From NCBI GenBank assembly GCA_002189035.1, contig NEEC01000023.1, positions 186,001 through 250,000 on the forward strand: DNA of 64,000 nucleotides. Direction: 5' to 3'. A program made the position numbers and the translations under genes. The stretch comes from Utricularia gibba. Lineage: Eukaryota > Plantae > Magnoliophyta. Positions 1 through 12,300 of this stretch are shown here, piece after piece (position 1 is the stretch's first letter; each line of letters begins with the position of its first letter). The notes beneath the pieces are model-generated. The model did no database searches and was not told the origin of the DNA. It was given only the letters and a program-made list of their open reading frames with translations.

Positions 1-742
1 GAGTTTTCATGTGAGTTTTAGGATAAAATCATGTTTGATACATGGATTTCAGCTAAGTAAAAGTATACTTGTATGTTATGTAACAATTTGTGCGCGCCTA
101 GTACGATATTGTCTGTTTCGGACATCTAATATTCACGATTTTATGTTTTTTCTACATTCATTCCAAATTGGTCATCCATCCTCACATTAACTTTGGACAA
201 GCATACTTAACTCTTGAATTCATGTGAAGTATCTTTCACCGTGTTGGGAAAAAGACCTCATGCTAAATTTAGGTATTCATTTCTTCTTAACCTCATTCTC
301 TCCTCCCATTTGTGATCGATGTGAATTTAACTAAATCAAGGGATAGTCGATTTAGGTAAATAAGGATTTTTTTATTTCAATTCTATTCTTAATCTAGTGT
401 AAATTTAAATGTAGATCTATCAGAAACCATACACAACTAAATAGTGAAGTGAATGACACCCTTGAAGATGATATGAAAACAAGGATTGGTGAACAACACT
501 TTTGATCCCTTGCATTTTAGATATTGAAAAAGTCAACTCATGCGGGCCCATGTGTAGATAGCCCCCTGGTCCCCACCTTATGTGATTTATTTGTTTTTTT
601 ATCCCTAAAAGATAATTTATTTTATTAAAAAATTCATATTAAGCAAGGAGCTATTATTTATATTCAATAAATGTTGAGAATAAGGGAATGTACGGTGACG
701 GAATTGTCCTTCTGACTTTTCTCAGCATCCATACCCCGGCTC

Positions 743-749
743 TATAAAA
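743..749 (+). promoter_or_regulatory. TATA box of the DOMON/AIR12-like gene
   Basis: TATAAAA at 743-749, 63 nt upstream of the ATG at 806. Confidence 0.6.
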
Positions 750-805
750 TACACGTCACTTGTGGCATTTTCTCACCGTGCATTGCTTGAGTCCTCAACG
801 AAGCT

Positions 806-1741
806 ATGGAGATTTCCGGTCGATCGGCAGCCCACGTCCTTCTCATCTCCGCTGTCGTGTTGCTAGCATCTTCGGCGTCCGCAGACACTTGCGGATCCGA
901 TCAATATGGCCCCATTTTTGAAAATTGCCAAGATCTAGCCACGCTTGGAGCAACTCTCCACTGGACTTACAGGGGGGCCCCTAATCCAACACTTTCAGTC
1001 GCATTCACGGCGGCGCCTCCGCAGCCCGGAGGATGGGTTGCTTGGGGTTTGAACCCTAAGGTGGCTAAGATGTTCGGAACCCAGGCCCTGCTTGCCTTCA
1101 CCCAGGGTACAGGATCCTTGGTGGTGAATACCTACAATCTCTCTTCGAATAGCCCAGATTTGACTTCCCCAACGGCTATCGATTATGCCGTATTGAACAG
1201 GTCGGCGGTAATTTCTGGTAGCCGAATCACGATTCTCGCTGCCATGTCTTTGCCGGCGCCGATTGCGACGATCAATCATGTGTGGCAGGTTGGGCCAGTC
1301 GTCAACGGCGTTCCGCGGCCACATGATTTTTTGCCGGAGAATAAAGAGTCTGTTGGTCAGCTGAATCTGGGGTCAACTCCGGTCACACCTTCTCCGTCAC
1401 CGTCTCCAACGACACCTCCGCTTTCTTCTCCTTCTCCTTCTCCGTCCCCGATTATTCCTCCCCCGTCATCTTCTCCTTCTCCTTCCCCGTCCCGATTACT
1501 CCTCCCCCGTCGTCTTCTCCTTCTCCCTCGCCTTCTCCTTCTCATTCTCATTCTCCTTCTCCATCTCCTATTCCTCCGCCATCGTCCCCGCTGACACCTC
1601 CGCCATCATCCCCGCCGACTCCTCCACCGTCACCCCACGTACGGCTCCTCCCCACCGCCGCCCAGCGGCGCTACTGTGATGTTGGCGACATCGTTGTGGG
1701 TGTGCGCCGTTGCATGGGGCGTGTTTCTATGTGGATTTTAG
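806..1741 (+). CDS. DOMON-domain (AIR12-like) protein with signal peptide, Pro/Ser-rich linker and probable GPI-anchor signal; interrupted by a -1 and a +1 indel
   Basis: Signal peptide, then DOMON motifs (LHWTY, GWVAWGLNP, M-x-GTQAL, INHVWQVGP, PRPH). The frame is lost at ~1491-1494 and regained at ~1633-1636. The hydrophobic tail SGATVMLATSLWVCAVAWGVFLCGF ends at TAG 1739-1741, in frame with ATG 806. Confidence 0.85.
1378..1640 (+). repeat. Low-complexity (Pro-Ser)n coding repeat (TCT-CCT/CCG units)
   Basis: Repeated tctcct/tccccg units encode SPSPSP/PPPSS. The block ccgatta[t/c]tcctcccccgtc[a/g]tcttctccttctcc occurs twice. Confidence 0.85.
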
Positions 1742-3344
1742 TTACTTACTTCTATTTACGTGTTCGTGTTGTTGTGTATCTTTTTACGTTTCTTTTATCT
1801 GTTTTTAACTGCAGTAATTTTTTGTACGCGTGAGTCACCTGTACTTGTTTTTTGACTTTGCAATTTTATAATGGAAAATAAAAATATTCTTTCACTAGCA
1901 TTCATTATTTCCGTTGCACCTAAAAAACAATAATAATATCGTTTTGCTTCTGGTTTTTAATTAGACCATACTTTATTCAAATACATGTAAACTTGACTTA
2001 ATATAAAGAAGGCCATGCCCACTAAGGGTGGAAGAAACATGTTAAATCAAACAATATCATATAAGTAGAATTGAGATAAGTTTTATTTATATTTTCTTTC
2101 ATTTTTTTTATCAAAATATTCAACTTCAACGCACACCCAACTCTACTATTAGAGCAAAATGGACATGAGTTGTGGGGCCCACAATAATCTTTTTCACTCA
2201 CACACATCCTTTTACTTTTTAATTATAAAGTATTCTATTTTTCCAAAATTCATTTTTTTTAATTTTAAAAACCATAAATTTACTGTGTTATATTATTACT
2301 TTGATTATTTGGTTAGGATGAGCTCATACCCTATGTTAAAGTACATATAAGTGTATATTATATATGTTGTGCATGTCTCCACGCTAGTAACACATTTACT
2401 TGTCGAGGCAACACGACTTGGTCACAAAGATGATGACAATATTTACCAATAGACATGAATATTTTGAAAAACATGTTGTTTTAAATAATGATCTTGTAAT
2501 TATTGAACTATGCTAATTCTTATGTTGGTTTGTAGCAGAATGGTGGAAATATTTTACTATAAGTGCACCAAAACCTAAGAAATTTGAAATGAAAATTCTA
2601 GGCTAATGCAGCTCTTATTCAGGTTGTGGATGAAATTAGATCATATGTAATCATATTTATAAAGGATTTATATTTTCGCATTCTAAGTTCCATATTTGAA
2701 TTTTCATATGTAGTCGTATTAATAATCATATAACATGTGATCCAATAGATGTCGAGTTACTTATAAAAGTAGATAGTTTAATTACCGAGAATTCAAATTG
2801 TCCATTTCTTGACTATGAAGAATGTGAATGTATGCTGCATAGAAATTCAGAATACTTGTATATATAAATGGAGTTGGTGAAATGAAAAAAGGTAAATTGT
2901 ATATATTCAATGCATGTATTTTAAACAAATATTAATAAATATATTTTCATGTATGCATTTGAAATTTTGCATTGCATTTGAATGCAATGGGATATGTGAT
3001 GATGAAGTTTCTTAATGTTATTATATCAAATGTTTAGGGACATGTTTTTTGTTTTCTAGTTTTTGAATATTTTGGATGAATATAAAGATATTAAATCATG
3101 ATTCATTAAATTATGATAAATATAATTAAAATGCATTAAATCCACTTCAATCTATTTTTTAAAAAATTAATTCAAAATCATGATTAAACATTAGAACGAG
3201 TTTGCGGATATATCAAGGGTAATATCGGCATTTCAGTGCCCCTAGGGCCCTCGGCCCACTCTGAGTTGGGACGGAACACGAAACCAAGTTATAAATTGAA
3301 CCAGCAGCCATGGCAAACTCTTCGTCATACAATCGGAACCAGGA

Positions 3345-3835
3345 ATGGCGGATGAGAAAAGCAATGATGGAGGAGAAGGAGAAGTTGTTACCATCAATCT
3401 CCTGAAGAAGAAAATGGACGATTTTGCAAAGGAAAGGGACTGGGAAAAGTACCATAGCCCCAGGAATCTTCTTCTTGCCCTCGTAAAGTTTTCCATCTTT
3501 TTTACCATTCTCCTACTTTTTGCGTTGCTTATGGAAATCTGCAATATTTTGTGATCCCCTTTCTGGGTTTTCCTTTGATTGTGTACACACAGGTGGGGGA
3601 AGTTGGTGAGCTCTCTGAAATATTTCAGTGGAAGGGAGAAGTTCCCAAAGGGCTACCTGATTGGAAAGAAGAAGAGAAGGTTCACTTGGGGGAGGAGCTC
3701 TCAGATGTCCTGCTCTATCTCATACGCCTCTCTGATATCTGCGGGATCGATCTTGACAAAGCAGCAATCAGAAAGATTGGCCTGAATGCATTGAAATATC
3801 CCGTGGAAAAATACTGTCCCAATGGTGCAGATTGA
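3345..3835 (+). CDS. DCTPP1: dCTP pyrophosphatase 1 (MazG-like all-alpha NTP pyrophosphohydrolase), 2 exons
   Basis: Exons 3345-3482 and 3593-3835, GT-AG intron 3483-3592. Motifs ERDWEKYHSPRNLLLAL|VGEVGELSEIFQW and EELSDVLLYLIRLSDICGIDL. Confidence 0.92.
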
Positions 3836-4854
3836 GAGTGAAAAGTCTGCACTTTTTGCTCTCTTTTGATAACTGAGATGATGCCCTGGATTGGAAATGG
3901 ACTGTGGAGCACACCATGTATGCATTTTGTCTGGGTTGGAATCTGTTGGTCAACATGATGAATGGCAGCTGTGTGCTTGGTTGGAATATCTGTCTGCAAT
4001 TCATGACTCCTGCATCTGTGTCCTTCCTTTGACTTCTAAGGAGTGATTTTCATGAATTCAATGCATATCTTTCTTCAGGGCACATTTTGAATCTAACATA
4101 TTTAGCATTTGATGCGGGTGTAAACAAAATCAAGTCTTGAGATTAATGCGTATCTTTTGATTCAATGAGAATCACAATCTCTACAGTGTCGTAATAGTAA
4201 CCGTCGCGGAGTTCTAGAATCCCGGCACCTCGTTCTGCAATCTTCAGGGAGAATTGCGTCGCCGCGTTCGCAAAGCTCCTGGAAGAAGATGTGCAGAGCA
4301 GAGGAGAGCGAATCAAAGGAAGAGACGACTGCAATTAGATTCAGGTGGGCTGCCGCCGGTCCAATTCGTAGCCCCGCCGGAGAAGAAGGCACGCCCGGGT
4401 AACGATCCGACATCCGGGCCATGCTTTGCTGGGCTCAGGCTTTAATGGGCTTCCACTAGTGGGTTTTTTTTTTCCTAAAATTAGGCTTTGGTTTAGTTAC
4501 ATACCTGACTGGATTATGATATTATTTTTATAAATTTTGGAAACGCTCCCAAATTGGAAGCCCTAATTTCCGGAGGTCGGCTTTTTCATTGATCATCTCG
4601 TCTTTGTGGATTCTCCAAAGCAGGTTATCTCTTCTGCTGGATTCCTGCCAGCTAGAGAATTTTACTTCATCTCTGTCGATTTTCGCGAGGCCGATCTCTA
4701 ATATTTAGGCGATTATCGTCGCATGTTCTTTTTTGGCCGTAATATTGATTGATGTAATGCCAGGGACAGACTGTAGCTGAATTCTGTGCGACTTGAAGAA
4801 GAGTCGGACTTTCTCTTTGAAGGCTTTTGAGTTGTTTTACGCCGAACAAGAATC

Positions 4855-7419
4855 ATGGCCACTTCTTCGGGTAACCTCTTGCACTTCAACCTCTCTTCAT
4901 GCCCATTTTTATTGTGTACGATCAAGGTTTAATAGTTTAGCGTTATAGTTTTAACTTTGGCTTGTTAATCATTTGGTTTTTGTTCCACAGAGCCTGCATA
5001 ATCATATGTTCGTTTTTCATGTGAGATTGACTCTTTAATCTGTTCCTGTTGTTTAGTTGCTTTTAAATCTAGAGAGGATCACCGAAAACAGCTTGAACTA
5101 GAAGAGGCTCGAAAGGCTGGGCTTGCGCCTGCTGAAGTAGATGAGGATGGGAAAGAAATTAACCCTCACATCCCACAGTACATGTCTTCAGCCCCTTGGT
5201 ATCTCAATGCAGAGAGACCTGTATGCATCTTTATCTTCGCCAAGTTTTTCTGCATGTGCGCAATCATCTGTTGTATTAGTAAACAAGCTAACCTCTATCA
5301 TATTTCTTCTCTTTCAGAGTTTGAAGCATCAAAGGAAGTGGAAGTCTGATCCCAATTACACAAAATCTTGGTATGAAAGAGGCGCAACAACTTTTCAAGC
5401 TGATAAGTACAGAAAGGGCGCTTGTGAGAAGTATGCTTGCCCTTATCTCAGTTGGGTTGCAGCACATTTAATTTTTCTCGATTCCGTTAATTTTTTCTTT
5501 TCTCAAATGTAGCTGTGGAGCTATGACACATGATAAGAAGTCATGCGTTGAAAGACCCCGGAAGACAGGAGCCAAATGGACTGGAAGAAGTATTGCTCCT
5601 GATGAGAAGATAGAGACATTTGAGCTTGACTATGATGGAAAGCGTGATCGTTGGAATGGTTATGATGCTGCATCATATGCTCATGTAATTCAGAGGTATG
5701 AAGCTAGGGATGAAGCTAGGAACAAATATTTGAAGGAGCAGCAGCTTAAGAAGTTAGAGGGTAGAAATAATGATGAAGACAAAGATGGCGGTAGTGATGA
5801 TGAAGACAATGACGATTCCCTAAGAATTGATGAGGCCAAGGTGGATGAGAGTAAGCAGATGGACTTTGCGAAGGTTGAGAAGCGTGTCCGTACCACTGGT
5901 GGTGGTAGCACCGGCACTGTCAGGTATGCTTTTATTTCGCATTCACATTCTGCACTTGGTGAATTTAACTCTTACTGCATATACAGGCGTTTATTATTTT
6001 TCAATCTAGGTTTTGATTATCACATCTGTATTTTTAACCAAGGAACTTTTGATTGAACAGGAATTTGCGTATTCGGGAAGATACTGCAAAATATCTTCTT
6101 AACCTTGATGTTAACTCTGCACATTATGACCCTAAAACTCGTTCTATGCGTGAGGACCCTCTACCAGATATGGACCCATCTGAGAAGTTTTATGCTGTAA
6201 GTTACCATTATTTAAAGTTTTTAAATTATTCTTTGTCCTTTTCCCCTGTAAAGTACCGTGTATGATGTTTCTAAAATCTTAAAAAAAAAAATATACAGGG
6301 AGATAATCGCCACAGAGTTAGTGGTCAAGCATTGGAGTTTAAGCAGCTCAATATTCATGCTTGGGAAGCATTTGATAAGGGACATGATGTTCACATGCAA
6401 GCAGCACCATCACAAGCAGAATTGCTGTTTAAAAATTTCAAGATTAACAAGGAGAAGTTGAAGTCTCAAACGAAAGACAAAATCATGGAGAAGTATGGAA
6501 ATGCTGCAACGGAAGAAGTGCTTCCTAGGGAACTTTTACTAGGTCAAAGTGAGAAGGAAGTTGAGTATGATCGAGCTGGTAGAATCATTAAAGGCCAGGT
6601 ATGAATCAGTTGTTTCCGTCTCAGTAGGTCTTACCACCAATGCCATTCCAGTATGCTTGTGCATGAACTGCGTCGACTGGAGGGCATTATATGTTTCAAA
6701 TTTATTATTTTTTGCTTGAATTTTTTCCCCTATCATATGTAACACTGATGAAATACACAGGAGTTTTCTATTCCCAAGAGCAAGTACGAGGAGGATGTTT
6801 ACATAAACAATCATACTAGCGTTTGGGGTTCCTGGTGGAAAGATCACCAGTGGGGATACAAGTGCTGCCAACAAATGGTCAGAAACAGCTATTGTACTGG
6901 GGCTGCTGGTATTGAGGCAGCTGAAGCTGCATTGGATCTTATGAAAGATAATATTGCTCGAAAAGCGGCAACTGAAGGTTTAGTTCTCTTGTTTGACCAG
7001 AAATGTGCACTCCCTTTTGTTTGACCAGAAATGTCATCAATTAACATGATGTGTTTTCCATGTTTTCCCTATATCAAACCAGAAGCACCCGCGCAAGCTG
7101 TTGATAAAAGACTTGCAACATGGGGATCTGACGTCCCTGATGATTTGGAATTGGACCAGACGAAATTAGCTGAAGCACTTAAAAAGGTAACTTTTGCTTT
7201 CGGGTGTCACCCTCCTCCTAGAAACTGCAGAAGCTTGTGCTCTGAACTGTTTCTAAAAATTGCCCCTTTCAGGAGGATGAAAAGCGAAGAGAAGAGAAGG
7301 ATGAAAGGAAAAGAAAGTATAACGTGAAGTGGAACGATGAGGTGACCCACGAAGACATGGAAGCCTACAGGATGAAGAGGATACACCACGACGATCCAAT
7401 GAAGGACTTGCTGCATTAA
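4855..7419 (+). CDS. SLU7: Pre-mRNA splicing factor SLU7, multi-exon
   Basis: Spliced start MATSS|[22 protein letters not shown] (exon 1 4855-4870, exon 2 from 5057). Contains INPHIPQYM, zinc knuckle GACEN|[19 protein letters not shown] and [14 protein letters not shown]. Ends [15 protein letters not shown] at TAA 7417-7419. Confidence 0.93.
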
Positions 7420-7770
7420 TGACACAAAAGTAGCCTCTTCCCGGAGCGAATGAACTGGCTCCGGCTCGGATGGAAGTTCGGTTCCCGTGAACCAGAGCTC
7501 GGCCCAACCGGACGAGTTAGTTATCTATCCCGTGTGATAAATGCTTTGAGACCCTAAGACACACTGTGTGTGATTTTGTTTTTGAAATTACGTAAATAAT
7601 CTAAAAATAAGAAAAAAATCAAAATAATTGATATATTATAAATACGATAACTATCGAGCATTAATCATTTTAAAAATATTTAATTGGATTTATTAGATTC
7701 AATTCATGAATGGTGAAAATGGAGTATTGAAGTGTTGGCGGAAAATCTTGAACTGATCGTTTCAGAGAAG

Positions 7771-8803
7771 ATGGGCGACGAGACTCAGGGAGCGAAGGAA
7801 GATGGAACCAACGCCTTGGGAAGATACTGGGAAGGGTACAAGGAATTTTGGGGCGAGAGATTCTCATTTCTCAACAACTATTCTAGATTTCTCAACCCAG
7901 AGACGCCGTTGCCTCATTGGGATGGATCCGTCGTCGAAGATTTCATTGCCTCCGATCCCGTCCATGGCCCTGCTGTATGAATCCCGCCGTTTTTCTGCTT
8001 CAATTGCGAGACCGGATCCGTTTTCTTATATTTTATTTTGGTGTTTTTTGGATATGGGATTCGATTATGACATTCTGGAGTAGGTTGATGATTTTGACAG
8101 TTTTGTTTCATCTCTGTTTAGATCTTCTTTGTGCTCTATGAAAATTTCAATTTTCGGTTTTGTCATACATAATCTAGGTGTGGTTTGATATAAGTGAAAG
8201 CATGATTTTTCATTTCTGTTTTTTGCTAATCCAAAATCCAACTTGTACTTCATCATTTGCTCCATTTCCTTCAGCTGAAAACTGCAAGGGAAGCTGCTAA
8301 ATTTGGGGCCGTAGGTGCCGCCGTTGGAGCAGTTTCAACCGCCGGATTTGCTTGGAAATATTCTCGGAGTTTGCACGGTAGGTTTTTTCGTGTATCCAGG
8401 AAATATTCTCCTGATGTTTAAACAAGGGTAGCTCTGTTAAGCATGCCTATTGCATACCAATCTTGCTCTGCATCTGCGTTTTCACACTCGATGTCTTCTT
8501 CACACTCATAAAGATCCTACTTTCAAACACTTGATGCCTGCTTAAGTGCTGAGTATGGAATTGCCCAACTACTTGTGTCTAGTTGTAGGCCTGATTAAGT
8601 GATCTCTGACTTAAATGCATTGACAATTGCATCCTAATCCAATGTCCATCCATTCGGCAGGCGCTGCTCTCTCTTTTGCTTTTGGAGCGGTGGTGGGTAG
8701 CACCTTCGGAATCGAAGTCGCCAACCACTGGTACCAGTTATACAGACTGGACACCATGGCAGCACAGGTCAAGTTCTTCGAGTGGCTACAGAAGAAGGCC
8801 TGA
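7771..8803 (+). CDS. SDH6: Plant-specific succinate dehydrogenase subunit 6, 3 exons
   Basis: Exons 7771-7974, 8275-8377, 8661-8803. Gives FWGERFSFLNNYSRF..FIASDPVHGPA|LKTAREAAKFG..AWKYSRSLHG|..EVANHWYQLYRLDTMAAQVKFFEW, matching the SDH6 family as I remember it. Confidence 0.88.
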
Positions 8804-9359
8804 TGGTCTCCCATCCCTGGCTGCACAGGCCCTGCTTTCCTTCACAGTGAAGGGTGTGAGGAATAACAATGTGCTTCATCACTTTCCAGTTTCTCCCCCA
8901 GCGACCTAATGGTGTAGTGTGCTGATTGCAGCACAATGAGGCCATTGCAGCTCATGAATAAGGATCCTTTTAGCACAAAAAGTGACCAATTGCAGTTTCA
9001 GTTTCTATATAACCAACTTGAAGTCATCAAAACCCATTAACCAGGGGGATTAGTTAGGCTCATGTGTTTGTAGGCTTGATGATACCAAGGGGTCTCTCTA
9101 CATATTACATAAGATCCATTTTAAAAATCAATTTTATTGTCAGATAATATTGGAATTAAAATCTAAATGTAATTTGAAATCCCAAATATGGTGTTCATTT
9201 GAAGTATCAAATAATTGATTCATATGGATATTACAATAAAATCCTTATAAGAAGAATCAATCACTAGGCAAGGCAAGTGATCCTCCTCTCTTGTCATGTG
9301 TTGCTGATCCACTTGTATGCATGCATGCGTCTTGTGTAGCAGGTGGGAGGGCGGTATGA

Positions 9360-12300
9360 TCACAACATTTGTGCAACACCACCAGCAGCAGCCACATCGC
9401 TGTTTGTTATTCTTTCTAAAACATCCAACCTGCTTTTCCTTTTCCAGCCTTTCATTGATGCAACAAGGTTCACCAGTCCAACTACTTGATTCTTGGTGTA
9501 TTCCTGCAAACCAAAAGGGATGATTCCCGGCTTCACACAGAGGCATGTGCAATGAGAGTTTTTTTTTGGTACCGGATGGGCACGAGACCAATGGACGAAC
9601 TCGGTCTCAGGAAGGTAGTACGCCTGATTAGGAGGGAGTGGGAGGAAGATGAGATGCTGGAATAATGGAAGAAGAACGAACAGAGAGGAGGTTCTGAGAT
9701 ACCTTGATGTAAGTTTCAACTGTCTGAAGTTTCTGTTTGACATCGGTCTGGACGAAATGTTTGAGACCGTTGATTAGAACCTGAAAGGTGTATCAGAAAG
9801 GAAATGGCGTCAGACATGTATGCACGAGGAGCCAAGAGCCGAATTCCTAAAAGTGCTTCTGACGTAGCAAGCCATTCATGATGGTGTGCGTGTGTCGGAA
9901 GGATGGGTCTAGAGAATGACCTGAAGATCCAAAGACATGAGAGCCCGTCCCTCATCCGTGCATTTCTTCACGCAAGATAGACCCTCAATGAGAGTCTCTG
10001 CTATACTTTCAAGTCCATATTCTAAGAGAAGGTCTTGAACCTTGACGACAAGGAGATATATAAGAATCATGAAGAGAAGACAACGAAAAACATGACAAGT
10101 GTGGAATCAGCAATGCGAGCTTCGAAGTCGTTTTTGCATGCTACTGTATAGATCCTATAATGTCAAATAAAATTGGTGTTTGCTACCTCTTTCCGGATAC
10201 CGCCATAAGCAACCCTTGTCTTGAAATGCTTAAATTCTCCGAGTAACAGATCTACATACCTAAGAGGCACAAGCGATTTGTGCATAAATTCTGAGTAAAA
10301 GATCTTTAGCACTGCAAAAGGAACGGTGGACAGCTTTCACTGGGAAATCCAACATATCAACTCGCGCAAAAACCTACCCATTATGTTCTAATCCAAGCTC
10401 CTTCACCTCCCATTTAGCGTTGGCAATGCGTTCAACATACCTACACCATTCAACTAACTGATATTACTATATGAATCTGAGTATTGAATTTCCAAAAGGC
10501 TGATATTTGAAGCTGTTTACTAGGTGGAAACCACTCAAAGCAATACATCGAATACCTACAGGTTGTCTTAGATTGAACTCACAAACAGCTGTTTTATAAG
10601 AAATATATCTGCTTATTGACACCAAAATTAACTTAATAGAGATGATGTAAACTTCAAAAAAAAAAAAAAAAAAAAAGTAACAGGACGCTAGAAAGAAAAT
10701 CCATGATGCCTCATGCCATTTCTACATGAGAATACAGCCAAATAGCGGAATGCAGCACCATAGCATGAAGTTCATCAGGTATAATAAAAAGAATCTAAGT
10801 TACTAACCCATTCACGTGGAGTAGGATCTTTGATGTTGTTCTATGGATGTGTTGAGTGAGTTCAGGAACTGCACCAACCTGTAACAGAACGATGAAGGAA
10901 ATACAGATCATCAACTTCATCAGAATTTTTGCATAATTCTAATTCCGCATATTAGCTTGGCCAGGATTGCTATCAGTGGTGTAGAAAATTTTGGAATGAC
11001 TTGCTATCCAGTGTCAATGAAAGTTTGGAACTGGCCATTTATGAGAAGGGGGCTCAATTTATCATAGAGAGGCATGCACAACGTACCAAATTGATATAGA
11101 AGTCTTCAATAACTGCTCCATTCTTCTGAAGAAGAATTGCTTGAAGATTTGCTTTTGATCTAAGCAATAATTGCGCAACAAGGCAAATGGTGTCAGCTGC
11201 TGCACATCTTTCCTGCAGAAGTAAATTTTACAGGCATTATAGAAAGGACAAAAAACTATTAAAAAGAAGCAATGAAAACACGACAAAGCATAAAGAATGC
11301 GAAACTTGAACAGAAAAATATCTCTGAGAGAAACGAAAATTTTCAAAATATATGGACGTGATAACATCCATAGAATAAACAAGGAAAAAAAAACGATCAC
11401 CGACAAAGGCATTACTGCAATGGTCTAGTATCATACCGTGAGCCCACGTATTGTGTGATTCAATTGACTGGGAGGACTGATGGGAGTTATATCCATGTGG
11501 GATGCAAATGGTGGACCTGAAGATGCTGGAAATGAAGGTGGCGCATGAACGGGCTTTAACCACTGATCTGAATCTTGTGAAATCCTTAATACTGCATTCT
11601 TTAGCTTGACTGAAAAAACAATATGGCATTTAGCGGGGCATCAATAGCATCTGCATCAAAAGGAAGCCAACAACACTTACGAGGAAGTGACTCAAGGATG
11701 ACTTTCCCATTAGGTTGCACACTGTTTACAGTAGATGACTCATATAGGAAGAAGAAAAACATCTCAAACAACTGGCATATGCCCTGTTGAAATCAATGGA
11801 AAACCGCTTTAACTACCATATTTTGTGGCGTAGAAACACCATCTAGGAGTCTACCTTGAAAAACTCAATATTGACAATCTCTAGTTTCTGCATCAACCGT
11901 GCATATTTGTCCATCATTCTGCAAATTAATCTGTGAACCTATAGACCACTAAAATCTTAAATATAAATGCATTCTGAAGCAAAGAATTTAAAAGCTCACT
12001 TCAGGAGACTTAGCGATGATCCTGTTTGTGCGATCATCTCACTGTCATTTCCATGAGAAGTGTTATGCCTTGAATGACCTGGTTGGGAAATACGACTAGG
12101 AAGCTGGCTATCTTCATCAATAAAATCTGCATGGAGGTCTTCATTTTCATCTTCTGTGAAATTAGATCCATTTCCATGCTCTATGGGGGAATAATTGCTG
12201 CTGTCGGGAATTCTACCAGTGCTTCCGTCTCTTGTTGCTAACAGATTAGTGTGGAAAGGATCAGACTGCTCCTCAAGACTGTGTTTGTACAAAAACGGGT

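Noticed and set aside
1357-1551. Arg/Gly-rich minus-strand ORF (MRMRRRRRG..)
   Set aside because: Reverse complement of the Pro/Ser repeat of the DOMON gene.
6989-7034. 18-bp direct repeat (ttgtttgaccagaaatgt) in a SLU7 intron
   Set aside because: Two copies only, a simple slippage duplication; not a CRISPR-like array or an element.
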